Of a DNA stretch of 58,165 nt, positions 27,210 through 40,100 are shown one piece after another. A program made the position numbers and the translations under genes. The notes under the pieces are model-generated. The model did no database searches, was not told the origin of the DNA, and saw only the letters and a list, made by a program, of their open reading frames with translations. Position 1 is the stretch's first letter. Each line of letters opens with the position of its first letter. This DNA is from Girardia tigrina (Eukaryota), in contig MQRK01202609.1 in assembly GCA_001938485.1 (NCBI GenBank), positions 83,691 through 141,855 on the forward strand, written 5' to 3'.

Positions 27210-28286
27210 TTTCGACTACTGTAAGTAAAATTTTCGAATGAGTAATAAAATATAAATTTGTAAATTTAAAAAGTTTAGAAAACAGGTTCACGAGAAAATT
27301 TAAAACAACATTTTACTGAGAATAATGTACTTTTACTTCTTAGTTGTTGTTGAATTAACTGATTTTTCAATATATATAACTAATATATAAATTTATAATG
27401 ATTAAATAAAAAAGACATTGGTTTAAACTTAGCAAAAGCACTAAACTAAATCTACAAACATCGAGAACTTTTTGTACAAGATTTGATGTTCAATTATTAT
27501 AAATTGAAAGCGGTCGTTAGCAATTATCAAATTGAGATGAATGAAACTGTAGGCTTGAGAGACAACATGAACTTTCTACCACTTCACTCCTATCATTTGA
27601 CATTTTTGTGAGAAGAATGAGATCCCCTTCTAGAGTATAAACAGATCTCAAACATCAGCAATTAATGCTTGAACTTGCAGGCCCTTCTAGCCCGTCTGGC
27701 GTTTATCATGATACCCGAAACATGTGTTTATTCATTGTCTTTATAATTGGCTACATTATACCAGCAATCAATTATACTCGCTGAAGATTTTGAAGAAATA
27801 TTTGTCGCTCTAAATGCGTACCCAAAAGCTCTCAAATGCATCAAAATCTATGGAAAAATAGATGAATCTGCAATTAACATTGATGGAAACAATCATTACT
27901 ATGAATGTGTTAAACAGGTTGTCGAAGGTTTACATGACTTCAAGGAAAACCTCCCACTGAAATTCATTCTTTACAAAAAAACTATCGTCACTTCCTTGGG
28001 TTTTTGATGAGCCTATATAACATTACATGTTTTTAATGAAATTTTTAATATCACTATGCGTATGAGATTTTCATCAAATCACATAAAACTTCGGGTCTTA
28101 TCTAATCTAAAGTAAAAATTCATCAAAATATGATTCAGGGAAACAAGATTTTAAAAGTCACAATTACAAAAATATCTATGATGTGCAAAATAATTTTTGA
28201 CAACAAGTTATTTTAATAATAATTCATATTAATACTAGAAAAAGCCCATTCATATATGACAAAATATAAAATATTTTAAAAATTTC

Positions 28287-29531
28287 TTAAGCAACAACAT
28301 ATTTACCATTGGTGTCAATAACCAACTGACAATAGTTAAAAAGTTTATTTAGTTGATTTTTTAATGTTTCTGCTGATAAAGAATTAAAAAAGAATTTACA
28401 AGCTTCTCCAATTCCTGCATGTGATTTGAAAACATGATTTTTAAAACTTTTCTTCATTTTTGAAAACAAGAATCTGTCACACAGATTAAAATCTGGACTA
28501 TAGGGCGATTGATAATTTTTTTCAATTTTTCTTCTTTCAAAAAAAGAGTTGTTTCTTTGATAGAATGAGGTCTTGCATAATCATGCCACCACTTAAGTTC
28601 CTTTCGCTTGATGCTGTTAGATCTAAGTTTCCGCCATTTTCATCGGTGTCATGAACAAAGTTCACATACGCCTCGGAATCAATCTTGGTACCATATGGCA
28701 ATGCTTTTACATTAAAACGTTTGTTGCAAGTAAAGGTTACGAAAACAAGAGATTTTTTATCAATCATTGGTGATAGCTTTATCACTTTTGGTGGAACAGC
28801 ATTAGAAGGAATCCAAACTTTGTGATCTTCTTTCTTTCCTCTACCTTGGAAAAAGACCCATGTCTCATCCTCGATCGCTGTGTTGGAATATGCTTCATCA
28901 CCCATCTGTGAAATTACATGGCGTATATGCTTTGCAGTGTTAATGCGTTGTTGTTTATTAGCAGTAGAAAGTTCGCGAGGGACCCAAACAGAGCAAATTT
29001 TTTTGTAATGAAGTTTTTCACGCAAAATTTTGTGGACTGTATTTTTGCTTAAGTTCATTTTCAATATAACGCAAAGACACATTTGGAGCTTCATCAATTA
29101 CTTCTTTGACTGCTTTAATCTTTTCATCGTCTATTAATGACGGCCTGCCACTTCTTGATTAAAATCAGTCTGATTTTAAAATCAGTCAACCATTGTTGAA
29201 TATTTTTCAGTGCTGGGTGATTTGCGTCTTCCCATGCCTGCTGAAGTTGCTGAAGAATTACTGAATCCTCTTTTACTTTGAGTTAGAACAAAAAAACTTT
29301 GGCAACATTTATTTGGTTCCATTGTTAAAAACCGCTTAATTTGAATTCGCTGCACTTTTAAAATTTCAATACTTTAATAAAACAAAATTTTACTTTGTTT
29401 TAATTTTATGCTTTGAAATTTTAACACAATATTTATGACAATCTGAATACTATTCAGTCCAAATTTGGTTAAATTTGGTAAAATATTAGTGTGTTTTTAA
29501 AGGCCACCTGAGGACTTTTGGGACAGCCTAA

Positions 29532-29532
<1 letters not shown>
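28287..29532 (-). mobile_element. Degenerate mariner-like element
   Basis: WVPRELS, EDETWV, WWHDNARPH and PYSPDFNLCD motifs across frames. Confidence 0.85.
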
Positions 29533-29569
<37 letters not shown>

Positions 29570-29619
29570 NNNNNNNNNNNNNNNNNNNNNNNNNNNNNNN
29601 NNNNNNNNNNNNNNNNNNN

Positions 29620-29647
<28 letters not shown>
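29533..29647. repeat. (TA)n microsatellite with gap
   Basis: Directly visible. Confidence 0.95.
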
Positions 29648-29650
<3 letters not shown>

Positions 29651-29726
29651 TATTGTATTCGTTCTGTCTTTAGAATCGCACCTTTGCTTTCGTCCGAATG
29701 TTTATTTACTGATTTCCCACTTATCC

Positions 29727-30279
29727 CTAGAACTCCATGGTGGTCATCAGAAGAGCAACACTTGTGAATCTACGGATCACATCATTTGAAATTCTGAAAA
29801 TATGTCCATATTTGAGACTTCTGATGAATTTGTCATTCCTTGGAGTCGATTTCTGAGGATAGATAAAACGATGCCGATCGTGATCAGAACCTGTTTCAGT
29901 ATATCTCTTGAAAATATAAGACACAGACTTGTAATGAATGCCTAAACGTTCAACAATAGCTTTATTATTATGTCCTTTTTTTTCAAGATAAGCATCTGGG
30001 CCCACTTCTCAATTGAAATCGGCGTAGAGCTACTCATTATCTAAAAAATAGAAGATATTTTGATTTCTTTAACAATGCAAAAATGCAAAAATTAAATTAA
30101 TAAATACTAATGTTTCTTAACAATTTTAATTTACATGTGATAGAAACAGTTGTAAGGTATTTAAAACAATGCCAGTAATGTAATTAATGTGATAAAACAA
30201 AGAAAAATAAAAAGTATTTAATGAAAATTAATTTTTTCACACATTTTAAGGAAGGGATAAAGACTTTTGGCCCTTACTG
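29727..30279 (-). mobile_element. Tc1 5' remnant
   Basis: TA-CAGT terminus at 30279 and HTH-like relic KRYTETGS..DR.R. Confidence 0.6.
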
Positions 30280-30626
30280 TATTTGTGAATCATTTTCTCC
30301 GAAACATATACGAATCGAATTTTTCACCCTCAAATCGGAGAAAATGATTTTAAAATTCTGTGTAATCGATATAAAAATTACTGGGAGAGAGTAACGTGTG
30401 AGGCCTTATTAATAAGATCCATGGATCCAAAAATTAATATCCAGGCTTCACACTCAACTTCTCTGTTACACATTTTCAAATAGAGCCTTTATAACATGAT
30501 AGATTGCATAATCACCTTTCTCATATATAGGCTGCAAAAAGCCAGTGTTAATTTAGCCTGAAGATGGCGGGTAATCCGCCGAAATTAATTACGAAAATAA
30601 ATTGTGAAAAATGGCGTTCACTTTTT

Positions 30627-30629
<3 letters not shown>

Positions 30630-30684
<55 letters not shown>

Positions 30685-30792
30685 GNNNNNNNNNNNNNNN
30701 NNNNNNNNNNNNNNNNNNNNNNNNNNNNNNNNNNNNNNNNNNNNNNNNNNNNNNNNNNNNNNNNNNNNTATATATATATATATATATATATG
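30630..30792. repeat. (TA)n microsatellite with gap
   Basis: Directly visible. Confidence 0.95.
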
Positions 30793-31118
30793 TATATTGA
30801 ATGGATCCTGCGCTTTCCTCATTTGCCTTTAAAAAACTGAGAAAAAAACCTTTTTTGTGACTCTGATTGTGTTTTTATTTAAAAATGAATTTGTGGGTTT
30901 ATATGGAAAGATTGGAAAAAACTATTATTTGTAAAAACTATTATTATTAAAATTATTGTTTATTAAGAAATTAATTGGAGTATGTGAAAAAGATGAATTT
31001 GTTTTATTAGATTAAATGAGATTAAAGATGAAAATTTGAAAATAAAATTGATTCATTTGCCTTATTTTTTCTATTGGAGATTTTGATTTCGATAAATTGA
31101 TATTAACAAGAAATATTA

Positions 31119-31226
31119 ATGGAGGAAGTCGAGTTGCCTTATTTGTTATTAAATTGGCTTCGAGGTGGTGCTGAAGAAAGGCAATTGTCGGCCCTCGAAC
31201 AACTGTGTCTGGCACTCTTGCAATAC
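31119..31226 (+). pseudogene. HECTD1: Orphan N-terminal fragment of a HECTD1-like E3 ligase
   Basis: MEEVELPYLLLNWLRGGAEERQLSALEQLCLALLQ resembles the HECTD1 start (MADVDPDTLLEWL...QLIALEQLCMLLL). Similarity ends after ~35 codons with no splice donor at that point. Confidence 0.6.
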
Positions 31227-32216
31227 GAGACATTTTTGTGTCAAGACTTCGAAATTTCATTTGCGCTTCCTCACGAAATGATCAATCGATTGGTCAATGC
31301 CAAAGGATCATTAATTGCCATTTGTATGAGATTGGAGAATCCCAATATGAATAATCCCATTAGTCGGATCAAATTAAAATGGGCCCAGCACATCGAGAAA
31401 GGTTCCCTGCGCAACCCTGTTACCTCCGTCCGATTCTCGGGGCAACCTGAGTGTCGGGCGGAACACCCTCAATTAATAAGGGTTTTCAATAGGTTTTTCT
31501 CTTAAGAAGAAAATTAGGTATTTATTTATGATAAATATCAAAGCCGAGACCTATCAGGAAATGCCGAAGACATGTGTTTACTTGAAAGAAAAAGCAAATT
31601 CTTCTGCATTATCTTTAAACAATATGGTACAACGTCCTACACATTTCGAAACCCATAAAATTTCTCAAGGAAGGTCTTGGTGAAAGATTTATCAAAGCTT
31701 AAAGGAATATTTTTCATTTCTGTTCAATCAGAAATGAGATTTACTGATGGTTTATGTTCATAGAATAATTTAAACAAGCTTGTTCCTTCTTCCAGGGACC
31801 CCTACTTCAGTGTACTCTTGGAATTAGAATGAATAAAATAAAGAATTAAACAATGTTTAATAAAAATATTAATTAAATAAAAATTTTATTTCTGTGTGTA
31901 TTTATCAATAAATAAACATTACGAAAGAATTTTTTTCAATAAGTCCTAAAATGCACACAGCAAAACAAATTTCTATTTTTATTTAAATAATTTTTTTATA
32001 AATTAATTTTTAAATTATTGAATTATAATTAAAAAATTGAAATTTTGTTATAGAAAAATGATAAAAAAATTATTGATGTGATTGAAGTTTGACGCACCTT
32101 GTCATGAGTCTTCAATGAGTACTTTTTGTTTAAATTCGTGCTCACACTTCATAAATTTTATTGTTAAATTCAAAACAAGAGTTGTTTGGTTTTTGCGTGC
32201 AAAAATTTTTATTACA

Positions 32217-32874
32217 ATGACAGCAAAATATGTTAGAGCTAACGAAGATGAAACAGAACAACCAAAGAAGCACTCAAAATTACAGAAAATTCTGAATTTT
32301 ATATATAATAGAACAACTGGACAACTTTGTGGTCGGACGGTGAAGAGCTGGTGTAAATGTTATAACTTACCTTTTTTAGATTTAAAGATTTCTATTTAGG
32401 CTATTTATTTTTTTATTTTTCGTGTTTTTATTTAATTCTTTCTGCATTATTTTTTGGAATGATACAAATATTTCTGACCTCTGTCATTCCTTCGTCCCAG
32501 CCTTTGCGCACCGGTTACAGTAGCATTCTAACTTTGACTCCCGGTAAAGAGATTGAGTCAATTAATGAATTACGAACCTTGTTCTAGGGTTAAATATCAA
32601 TCCGAGACTTAGCATAGAAAGTGGACTTATCATCGCTTCAGTGAACAAAACGGATGAAAAATATCAAACCTATTTATCGTCAATTGATAATTTTTTCAAC
32701 ACATCATTTAATAGTTCCAAATCTTCGATGTTTACCATGAACTGTACGGACCATTCGATTCCCTTCAATGCTTCTTATTTTTGTTCATTTGATAAAGAAG
32801 TCCTTGGTCCTTGTGTAAAACCGAAAGAAGAGTTGGACTCTAATCGGTTATGCGTTTATGTACGCGTAAACAAG
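32217..32874 (+). CDS. ATP1B: Na+/K+-ATPase beta subunit, paralog A, exons 1-3 (32217-32352, 32400-32543, 32588-32874)
   Basis: Spliced translation MTAKYVRANEDE...FIYNRTTGQLCGRTVKSW|CYLFFYFSCFYLILSALFFGM (TM)...LTPG|LNINPR...NC...C.F...LGPC...CVYVRVNK. The GRT..SW motif, single TM and PG junction are diagnostic of the family. GT-AG introns of 47 and 44 nt keep the frame. Confidence 0.93.
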
Positions 32875-33128
32875 GTAGGAATTTTAATTGTTACGCAAAG
32901 AAAATAATTAAAATGTATATTTTTTCAGTACATTAATATTCATAATATGTTTTATTCGTCTTTGAAGTTCTTTAAAATTACGTAAAATATTATTTATTTC
33001 TCATTTTTTAAATTATATTAATAATTTGTTAAATTTTATAATCAAAAATTACTTAGATGGGTTTAAAATTTTGTATCCATTTGAATAATACTTTTAGTAA
33101 GTCTTTTGTTTTACACCTAATAGAAATG

Positions 33129-33870
33129 CAGGGGGGGCAAAGAAGACCTACTAATGTTAAACATGAATTACTTTTTCAATAATCATTTATTTTGGTTAAT
33201 TTGTTTTATACGTTAAACATATTTTATGGAAATTATGTATGAAATATGACATCAGACAAATGTCCACCAATTTTCTCGATTGGCTCTTTTAACCCGTTTT
33301 CCATTATACCACCCAATGTTTCTGGTTGAAGGCTCAGTATTTCGTCTCGAATATTTTGCTTCAGCTGTCTAATAGTCTCTGGTTTATTAACAGACTATTT
33401 GTCATTTAAATATCCCCACAGAAAACGTCTGGCGCAGTCATATCTGGCAAACAAGGTAGCCAAGGGAAATCTGATTTTTTTGAAATCAGACGTTCGCCAA
33501 AATTTTCACGTAGCATGTCCGTAGTTTGCCTAGCAGTATGCGCAGTTGCTCCATCTTGTTGAAACCACAAATTACGATTCTGCTCAACTATTGGTTTCAA
33601 AAAGTTTTCAATCATGGTTCTGTAAGAAGCTCCTGAAATCAGTTCCGGCGTTCCATCCTTATTTTCGAAGAAAAAGGAGCCGATAACTCGAGTGGCCATA
33701 ACAGTGCACCAAGCGGTACATTTAGATGCATGCAAGTGATGCTGGTGTGTGGCCCTTAGATTTCAGAGCTCCAAAATCTACTGTTTTGTTCGTTGGCATC
33801 ACCATTTAAATGGAAATGTGCTTCATCCGACATCACAACATTATTTAAAAAATCAATTTTTGTGGTCAAT
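33129..33870 (-). mobile_element. Tc1/mariner remnant (DD41D/rosa-like)
   Basis: SDEAHFHLNG, WFQQDGATAHT, WLPCLPDMTAPD; cagggggg terminus. Confidence 0.8.
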
Positions 33871-34616
33871 TATGTAAAACGAATAACATATTTGCTTAGT
33901 ACGTGGATTTTGTAATATCACAAATCTACAATACCCGCATATTAGAATGTTCAGGACAATGGATGGAAACTAAATTTTCCAGGATTGGGAATAATTGTTT
34001 TGAACACAAATTTTATTTTTATTTGAAAATAAATGGAGATTTTGAGAATAGGATTATATATTTAATAGTTGGAAATTAGTGTAAAAATATTGTGGATAAT
34101 ACTTTATTTTAACATTTCTTTAATTAAAATTTTATCCTTTAAAGATTTGGTTGAAAATATTTCCTTTTAATTCCTTTTTAAAAATCTTCATATCGAAAAT
34201 ATTTTAATAATAAAATTTTTATTATTAAAATTGTAAAACACATTTTTTTAAAAAAAAATCTTTAACTACATTTATCCATTTTATATTCTTATAAAGTTTG
34301 TGTTTTTATAATAATGTTTAAATAATAAAATTATCATTAAAGATTTTAATTTAAAATATCTTCAATCCCAAAAATTTCTAATATTTTATATTTATAAAAC
34401 ATATGTTTCTACTGTAAAATTTCTTCCGCTATATTTTAATGTATGAAATATTTTTAAATATTTTAAAACGTCCTTAAATATTAAAATTTCAAAATTTATG
34501 TGAGCACCCAAAATCATAACACTAGTTATGAGGAATATCAAATTTGAATAATACCACGCTCAAATATATAATGTATAATTTCTTTTTTAATTGTAATTTG
34601 ACTTTCTTATCTTTTA

Positions 34617-35364
34617 CTAGGTTGGTCGAAAAATAATGGCGGTTTTTGAGCTTTATACTTTGTTTATCTACTTTGATATGTATATAAGTTTAAATGCATT
34701 AGTGTTAGATATTATTTGAAATCTTATGCCTAGNNNNNNNNNNNNNNNNNNNNNNNNNNNNNNNNNNNNNNNNNNNNNNNNNNNNNNNNNNNNNNNNNNN
34801 NNNNNNNNNNNNNNNNNNNNNNNNNNNNNNNNNNNNNNNNNNNNNNNNNNNNNNNNNNNNNNNNNNNNNNNNNNNNNNNNNNNNNNNNNNNNNNNNNNNN
34901 NNNNNNNNNNNNNNNNNNNNNNNNNNNNNNNNNNNNNNNNNNNNNNNNNNNNNNNNNNNNNNNNNNNNNNNNNNNNNNNNNNNNNNNNNNNNNNNNNNNN
35001 NNNNNNNNNNNNNNNNNNNNNNNNNNNNNNNNNNNNNNNNNNNNNNNNNNNNNNNNNNNNNNNNNNNNNNNNNNNNNNNNNNNNNNNNNNNNNNNNNNNN
35101 NNNNNNNNNNNNNNNNNNNNNNNNNNNNNNNNNNNNNNNNNNNNNNNNNNNNNNNNNNNNNNNNNNNNNNNNNNNTCGTATTGTTACCTGTGATGAGAAA
35201 TGGATCCTGTATGATAACCGACGTCGATCTGCACAGTGGTTGGACAAAGATGAAGTACTGAAACACTTTCCAAAACCGAAACTAACACCCCGTATGGTTA
35301 TGGTGACAGTTTGGTGGTGTGATGCTGAAATCATCCACTATAATTTCTTGAGTCCAGGTGAAAC
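34617..35364 (+). mobile_element. Mariner remnant spanning an assembly gap
   Basis: TIR-like taggttggtcgaaaaataat and RIVTCDEKWILYDNRRRSAQW...TVWW. Confidence 0.8.
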
Positions 35365-36444
35365 AGGAGTCCCAAGACCGTAGCGCGTACGAGCACCCAC
35401 TTAATATAGATTCCTCTCACCCAGAGAGTAAACAATTAGAAATAAATTTAATGACTCGTAAAGTTATTTTTACCCTTTGAAAAACTATGTTTGGGTCAAA
35501 ATTAGGTATCCTATCTACATAGGGGACTACGAAATTTTTCGTTAATAATGAATCCATCTATTTGTATAAATTTGAAATAAAAGTAAATGTGGATATTAAG
35601 AACATTTAGACAAGTCTCATTTGAATTTTTATTGGAATTACATTTAGAGTCATTACAACTCTCAGAAGGTCTTTCATCGTTCTAATTGGTTTTCTTATTT
35701 CTGTTGTTAATCATGATTATTCGAACAATTTTTTAAAATATTTAACCTTTAAAAAATATTAATTTTTACCATTTTTCAATAAATCCCAAAATAATAAAAA
35801 TGTCATCAAAATATTAAAAATACATTTAATTTAAATTTTACTAATAATTATTAAACTTAATTTTAATTGTGAAATTAAAGATATGAACTTATAAAATGAT
35901 TATTTTAATTATGTTCGAATAGTCAATCACTTTAAATTTAATAAAAAAATACCAATTTCCATCTGGGTGGGAGAATCACTATTCTACGTTCAACATACCG
36001 CAGCCATACATTCACACATTCATACAATTTAATATATTCATCACAGCGGATACGGATGTTATTATAAAAAATTATCTATTTCTATAGTATAAGATATTTT
36101 TAACGTGTTAATAGATAATAAAAATTATTCATCACAAAAACAAATTAAAAATAATAATTGATTTTTGAATAAAAAATTAAATAAATTTGTTTAAATATTA
36201 TTCGATAAATAAAATTGCCATTTAGTTTTATCGCGATTCCAATTTTATCAAACAATATCGATTTTTTTTCAATTTGTTTACGCGCGACATTTTACAACTT
36301 GTATTCATATTTCACGCTTCAGTAAATTTATAAATGAAATTTACCAATACAAACTTCTGAGTAATGAAACAGTTATATTTTGTTTTACTAAATTGCTTTA
36401 TATATATTTTAACTTTATTTATTTATTTATAATTTTATATTTAG

Positions 36445-36516
36445 GTCTTCGGATGGCTTCCAGATATAGAAAATAAAAGCATTTCTAGTGAAATATTCGT
36501 TCATTGCGAGGGCCAG
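36445..36516 (+). CDS. ATP1B: Na+/K+-ATPase beta paralog A, exon 4
   Basis: tttag|GTC...CAG|gtt; encodes VFGWLPDIENKSISSEIFVHCEGQ, continuing the family NK-x-x-GW-x-P motif in phase 0. Confidence 0.92.
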
Positions 36517-37144
36517 GTTGTTTAATTATGGATTTTGTTTCTATTGATTTCAAATGTCAGAATTTTGTTTGAGAGAGATGAGTCAAAAACAATTTTTTGA
36601 GCTGTAAAATGTTTTCAATTGATAACATAATTAAAATTGACACTGATGTTTTTTCTTTTAATGACGAGTAGAATAAGTGATGGTTAAAAGTATTAATATT
36701 TGATTAACAAATTGTAAATAATGACATTTTCAGATATGATTTTTTTAGTTTATTTTAGCCTTTAAATAATTATGTTATTGTGTAATAAAATGAAAATATA
36801 AAATTTATAATTATAATATAATATAATAAATTATAATATAATTGAGTCTTGTTAACGCTAATTTGATATTTTTTCAAAATTATTTACTTCATAATCCTTT
36901 GAAAATATAATCATTGCTCATGTTTCGATGTTTCTGACATTTTATCACCCACTATTAAATAATTAAATAATATTAAATTAAAGACTAAACTATTAAACTA
37001 ATACACTTTATTGAAGTAATATTATATATCGATAGCAAATTTTATTTAATTAAAGATTTTAAAAATTGATGCGAATACTTTGCTTATTTGAAATGTTAAT
37101 TAATGGATTGTAGTGTAACAAACATTAAATATTATTAAACTATC

Positions 37145-40100
37145 AGTTAAATCTTCACGTTTCACTTCAGGATTCATAATATCAACAAGTAGAATTTATT
37201 TAATATTTACAATCTTTTTAGAATACTTAAACAAATTAATAATTACAACTTTACTCTCTTTTATAATTCGTTATTTACTTTCTTAATCCACTCAATTCTT
37301 CGATGAATTATGTTTCCATCTTTCAGATTCTGTAGTTCCAATTTGTGTGGCGATATATGTATTAAAATTTGGTACGGTCCATCGAATGGGAAAGTGTCCT
37401 CTCAGTTTTGTAGGATCCTGTTTTATAAGGACTTCCTGATCATCCTCGAAATGTCGATTTGTTCTCTTCTCTCTCTCCCAATTTTCCATTCGTCTTGCCA
37501 CTTTCTCTAAATTTTATCTTACTTTCTTCTTGATCACGTTGCTCTCTTCCGTTTTAGCTATTCCTGCTGCTGCATGTAAGTTTATTTTTCTACCAAACAC
37601 AACATCGAAGGGCGAATATCCGGTCGTACTTTGAACTGTTGCATTTAGACAGAATTCTATCTTCAGAACAATTTGCCACCATGATCGTTTATCTGTGTCT
37701 CCTCTGCTTGTTACTATCATGTCTCTCACTGTTCGAATAGTTCTTTCTGCCAACCCATTTGATTGATGTTGAAATGGGCTACTAAATCTTTGTTCGATTC
37801 AAAATTTCCTGCAAAAATATTTAAATATTCCGCCAGTAAAACATTTTCCATTGTTTGTTAATATTTTTTGTGGCTTCCCATATCTATATATATATATCCA
37901 TTTTATCAACACGCATTGAACTATGGTGTCTTCATTTTGAGTTCTAATCTCTGTCAAAGAGACCAATTTCGAAAACTGGTCCACCATGACCAATAGATAT
38001 GGGTACATGCTATTCTTGTCACCCATATATGCGATATCCATCATGACTTGCTCTAAAAACTCGTCACTTCTTATTGGAATCAACTTCTCTTTTGTTTTTT
38101 TCACTTGGAATTTTTCTGTGTATACATTCCTGTCATTCTCCTATAACGATTTGCACCTATTTCGCTAAATCTGGTAGCATAAAATGATTTTGGATATACT
38201 TCTTTGTCTTTTTTGATAGCTACATGACATAAATCTCTGTGTATTTTCCTGATGAAATCTCTTCTAATTTGTTTCGGAACCAATGGTAACACACAATTTC
38301 CTTCTTGCCTACTCCATAACCTATTCTGATAAACTAATTGGTCATTTAGTTGTAATAACTCCTTGGTGATTTCATTCTTTTCACCCTCTGCCATATTCTG
38401 TATTTGTTTCAACTGGTTCAACTTAGCACTTTTCTTGGTCGTCTTTTATCCATTGAATTGTGGACTGAATCACCACTGAATTGATGTGTTTCACCCCTAA
38501 TTTTGTTGATTTTGGTTCTTCGTGTTTTGTTTCACATTGTGCACAAACGTTGTCATATAGCCGTAATAATCCATCTGTATTTTCATGTTCGTCACCATTT
38601 CTATACTTCAAATCAAAGTCAAAATCCGCCATGTTTGCTAACCGTGTCTGGAATTGAGGAGTTATTGGTTTTGAAGTACTCTTCATATACACCAGGGCTT
38701 TATGATCAGTTCTTACTGTAAATCGCTTACCATATAAATATTGCTTGAAATGTAACATGAACTCTTGTAAAGTTAATAGTTCCTTTCTGGTCACACAGTA
38801 CCCTTTTTCATGTGTGGTTAAAGTCCTCGATGCATACGTGATTACTACTTCTTTCTCTCCTGATATCTGACTTAGAACTGCTCCTATCGATCCGAATGAT
38901 GCATCTGTGTCTAAGATGAAATTATTATTCGGGTTCACAAATGCTAATATTGGTGCACCGCATAGCTTTTGCTTCAATTCGTTAAAACCTCTGTCGCACT
39001 CGTCTGGCCAAAATATTTCTTTACATTTTCCGCTACATGCACTGTGCATAGGTGTTGCTAATTCGGCGTAATTCTTGATAAATCGTCGACAGTAGTTACA
39101 CAGACCTAAAAATGCTCGTAAATTTCGAGTACACTTTGGAATCGGAAAATTTTGAATTTCTGCCACTTTCAATTTATTTGTTGAGATACCTTCTTTGTTA
39201 ATTGTATGTCCCAGAAATACCAGCTCCCCCACTCCGAATTTGCATTTCCCTGGATTGACTTTTAAACCTGCTTTCTTCAGTCTATTCAGTACTTCTTCTA
39301 ATAGTCTCATGATCCTTCATTCATTTTGAGTAAATTCAGACATCATCTAGGTATATTACTACTCCAGAGAATAGTAAATCTTCAAATAATGAATTCATTA
39401 TTCTCTGAAACATTCCGGGTGTTGAAAGTCCAAACGGTACACGGTTAAAACAATACTGCCGTGTTTTTGTGCAAAACGCAGTCTTTTCTTGAGAACATTC
39501 ATCCAATGCTACTTGATAGTATGCTTTGCCTAAATCTATACTGGAAAAAAGTCTGGAGCCACCTTGAGCATCCATTAACATTTGGTTGTCTGGCATTGGA
39601 AAGGAAACTTTCTTTGATACATCATTCAATTTTCTGAAATCTAAGCAAACTCGAATACCTCCATCTTTCTTTTGCGTAATGACTAACGGGGAGTTCCATT
39701 CACTTTTACATTCCTGAATTATTCCTGCCTTTACTAATCCTTTCAAAAATCCTTCCATTTGACTTTCTAAATGAATCGATTGCCTTCTTGGATTCAGAAA
39801 AATCGGTTTACCTTCAGTTTCAATTTTATGGACCACAATATCCGAAAATCCCAAAATCGTATTCATGTTTCATGAAAACATCATCATATCGTTTCACGAG
39901 GTCTTCCAGTCGTTTGTTTTGCTGTTTCAGTTTCATATCTTTCTCCACTATGACAACTGACTTGGTAGTTTTTTCAAGTTTGATTCCCAATTTATGCATG
40001 ACACTAACATCTCCATTGACTGCCGGTCGGATTGCTTTCACCACTAAAAAATCTACCGCATGACACTCTTCTTTCCATTTCAACTTCACTGTAATTTTTA

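Noticed and set aside
27747-28007. 86-aa ORF between the ATPase genes
   Set aside because: No ATG context or recognisable domain; probably a decayed transposase tail that cannot be assigned.
30564-30840. YIYI-repeat ORFs
   Set aside because: Artefacts of (TA)n and N gaps.
32082-32216. N-terminal extension of ORF 32082-32399
   Set aside because: It starts at a non-ATG codon; paralog alignment places the start at ATG 32217.
24357-32216. Shared bidirectional promoter for the ATP1B pair
   Set aside because: The 7.9-kb spacer is mostly TE debris; no evidence from sequence alone.
34705-35334. Long ORFs across the N run
   Set aside because: Gap artefacts; the flank is a mariner remnant on the + strand.
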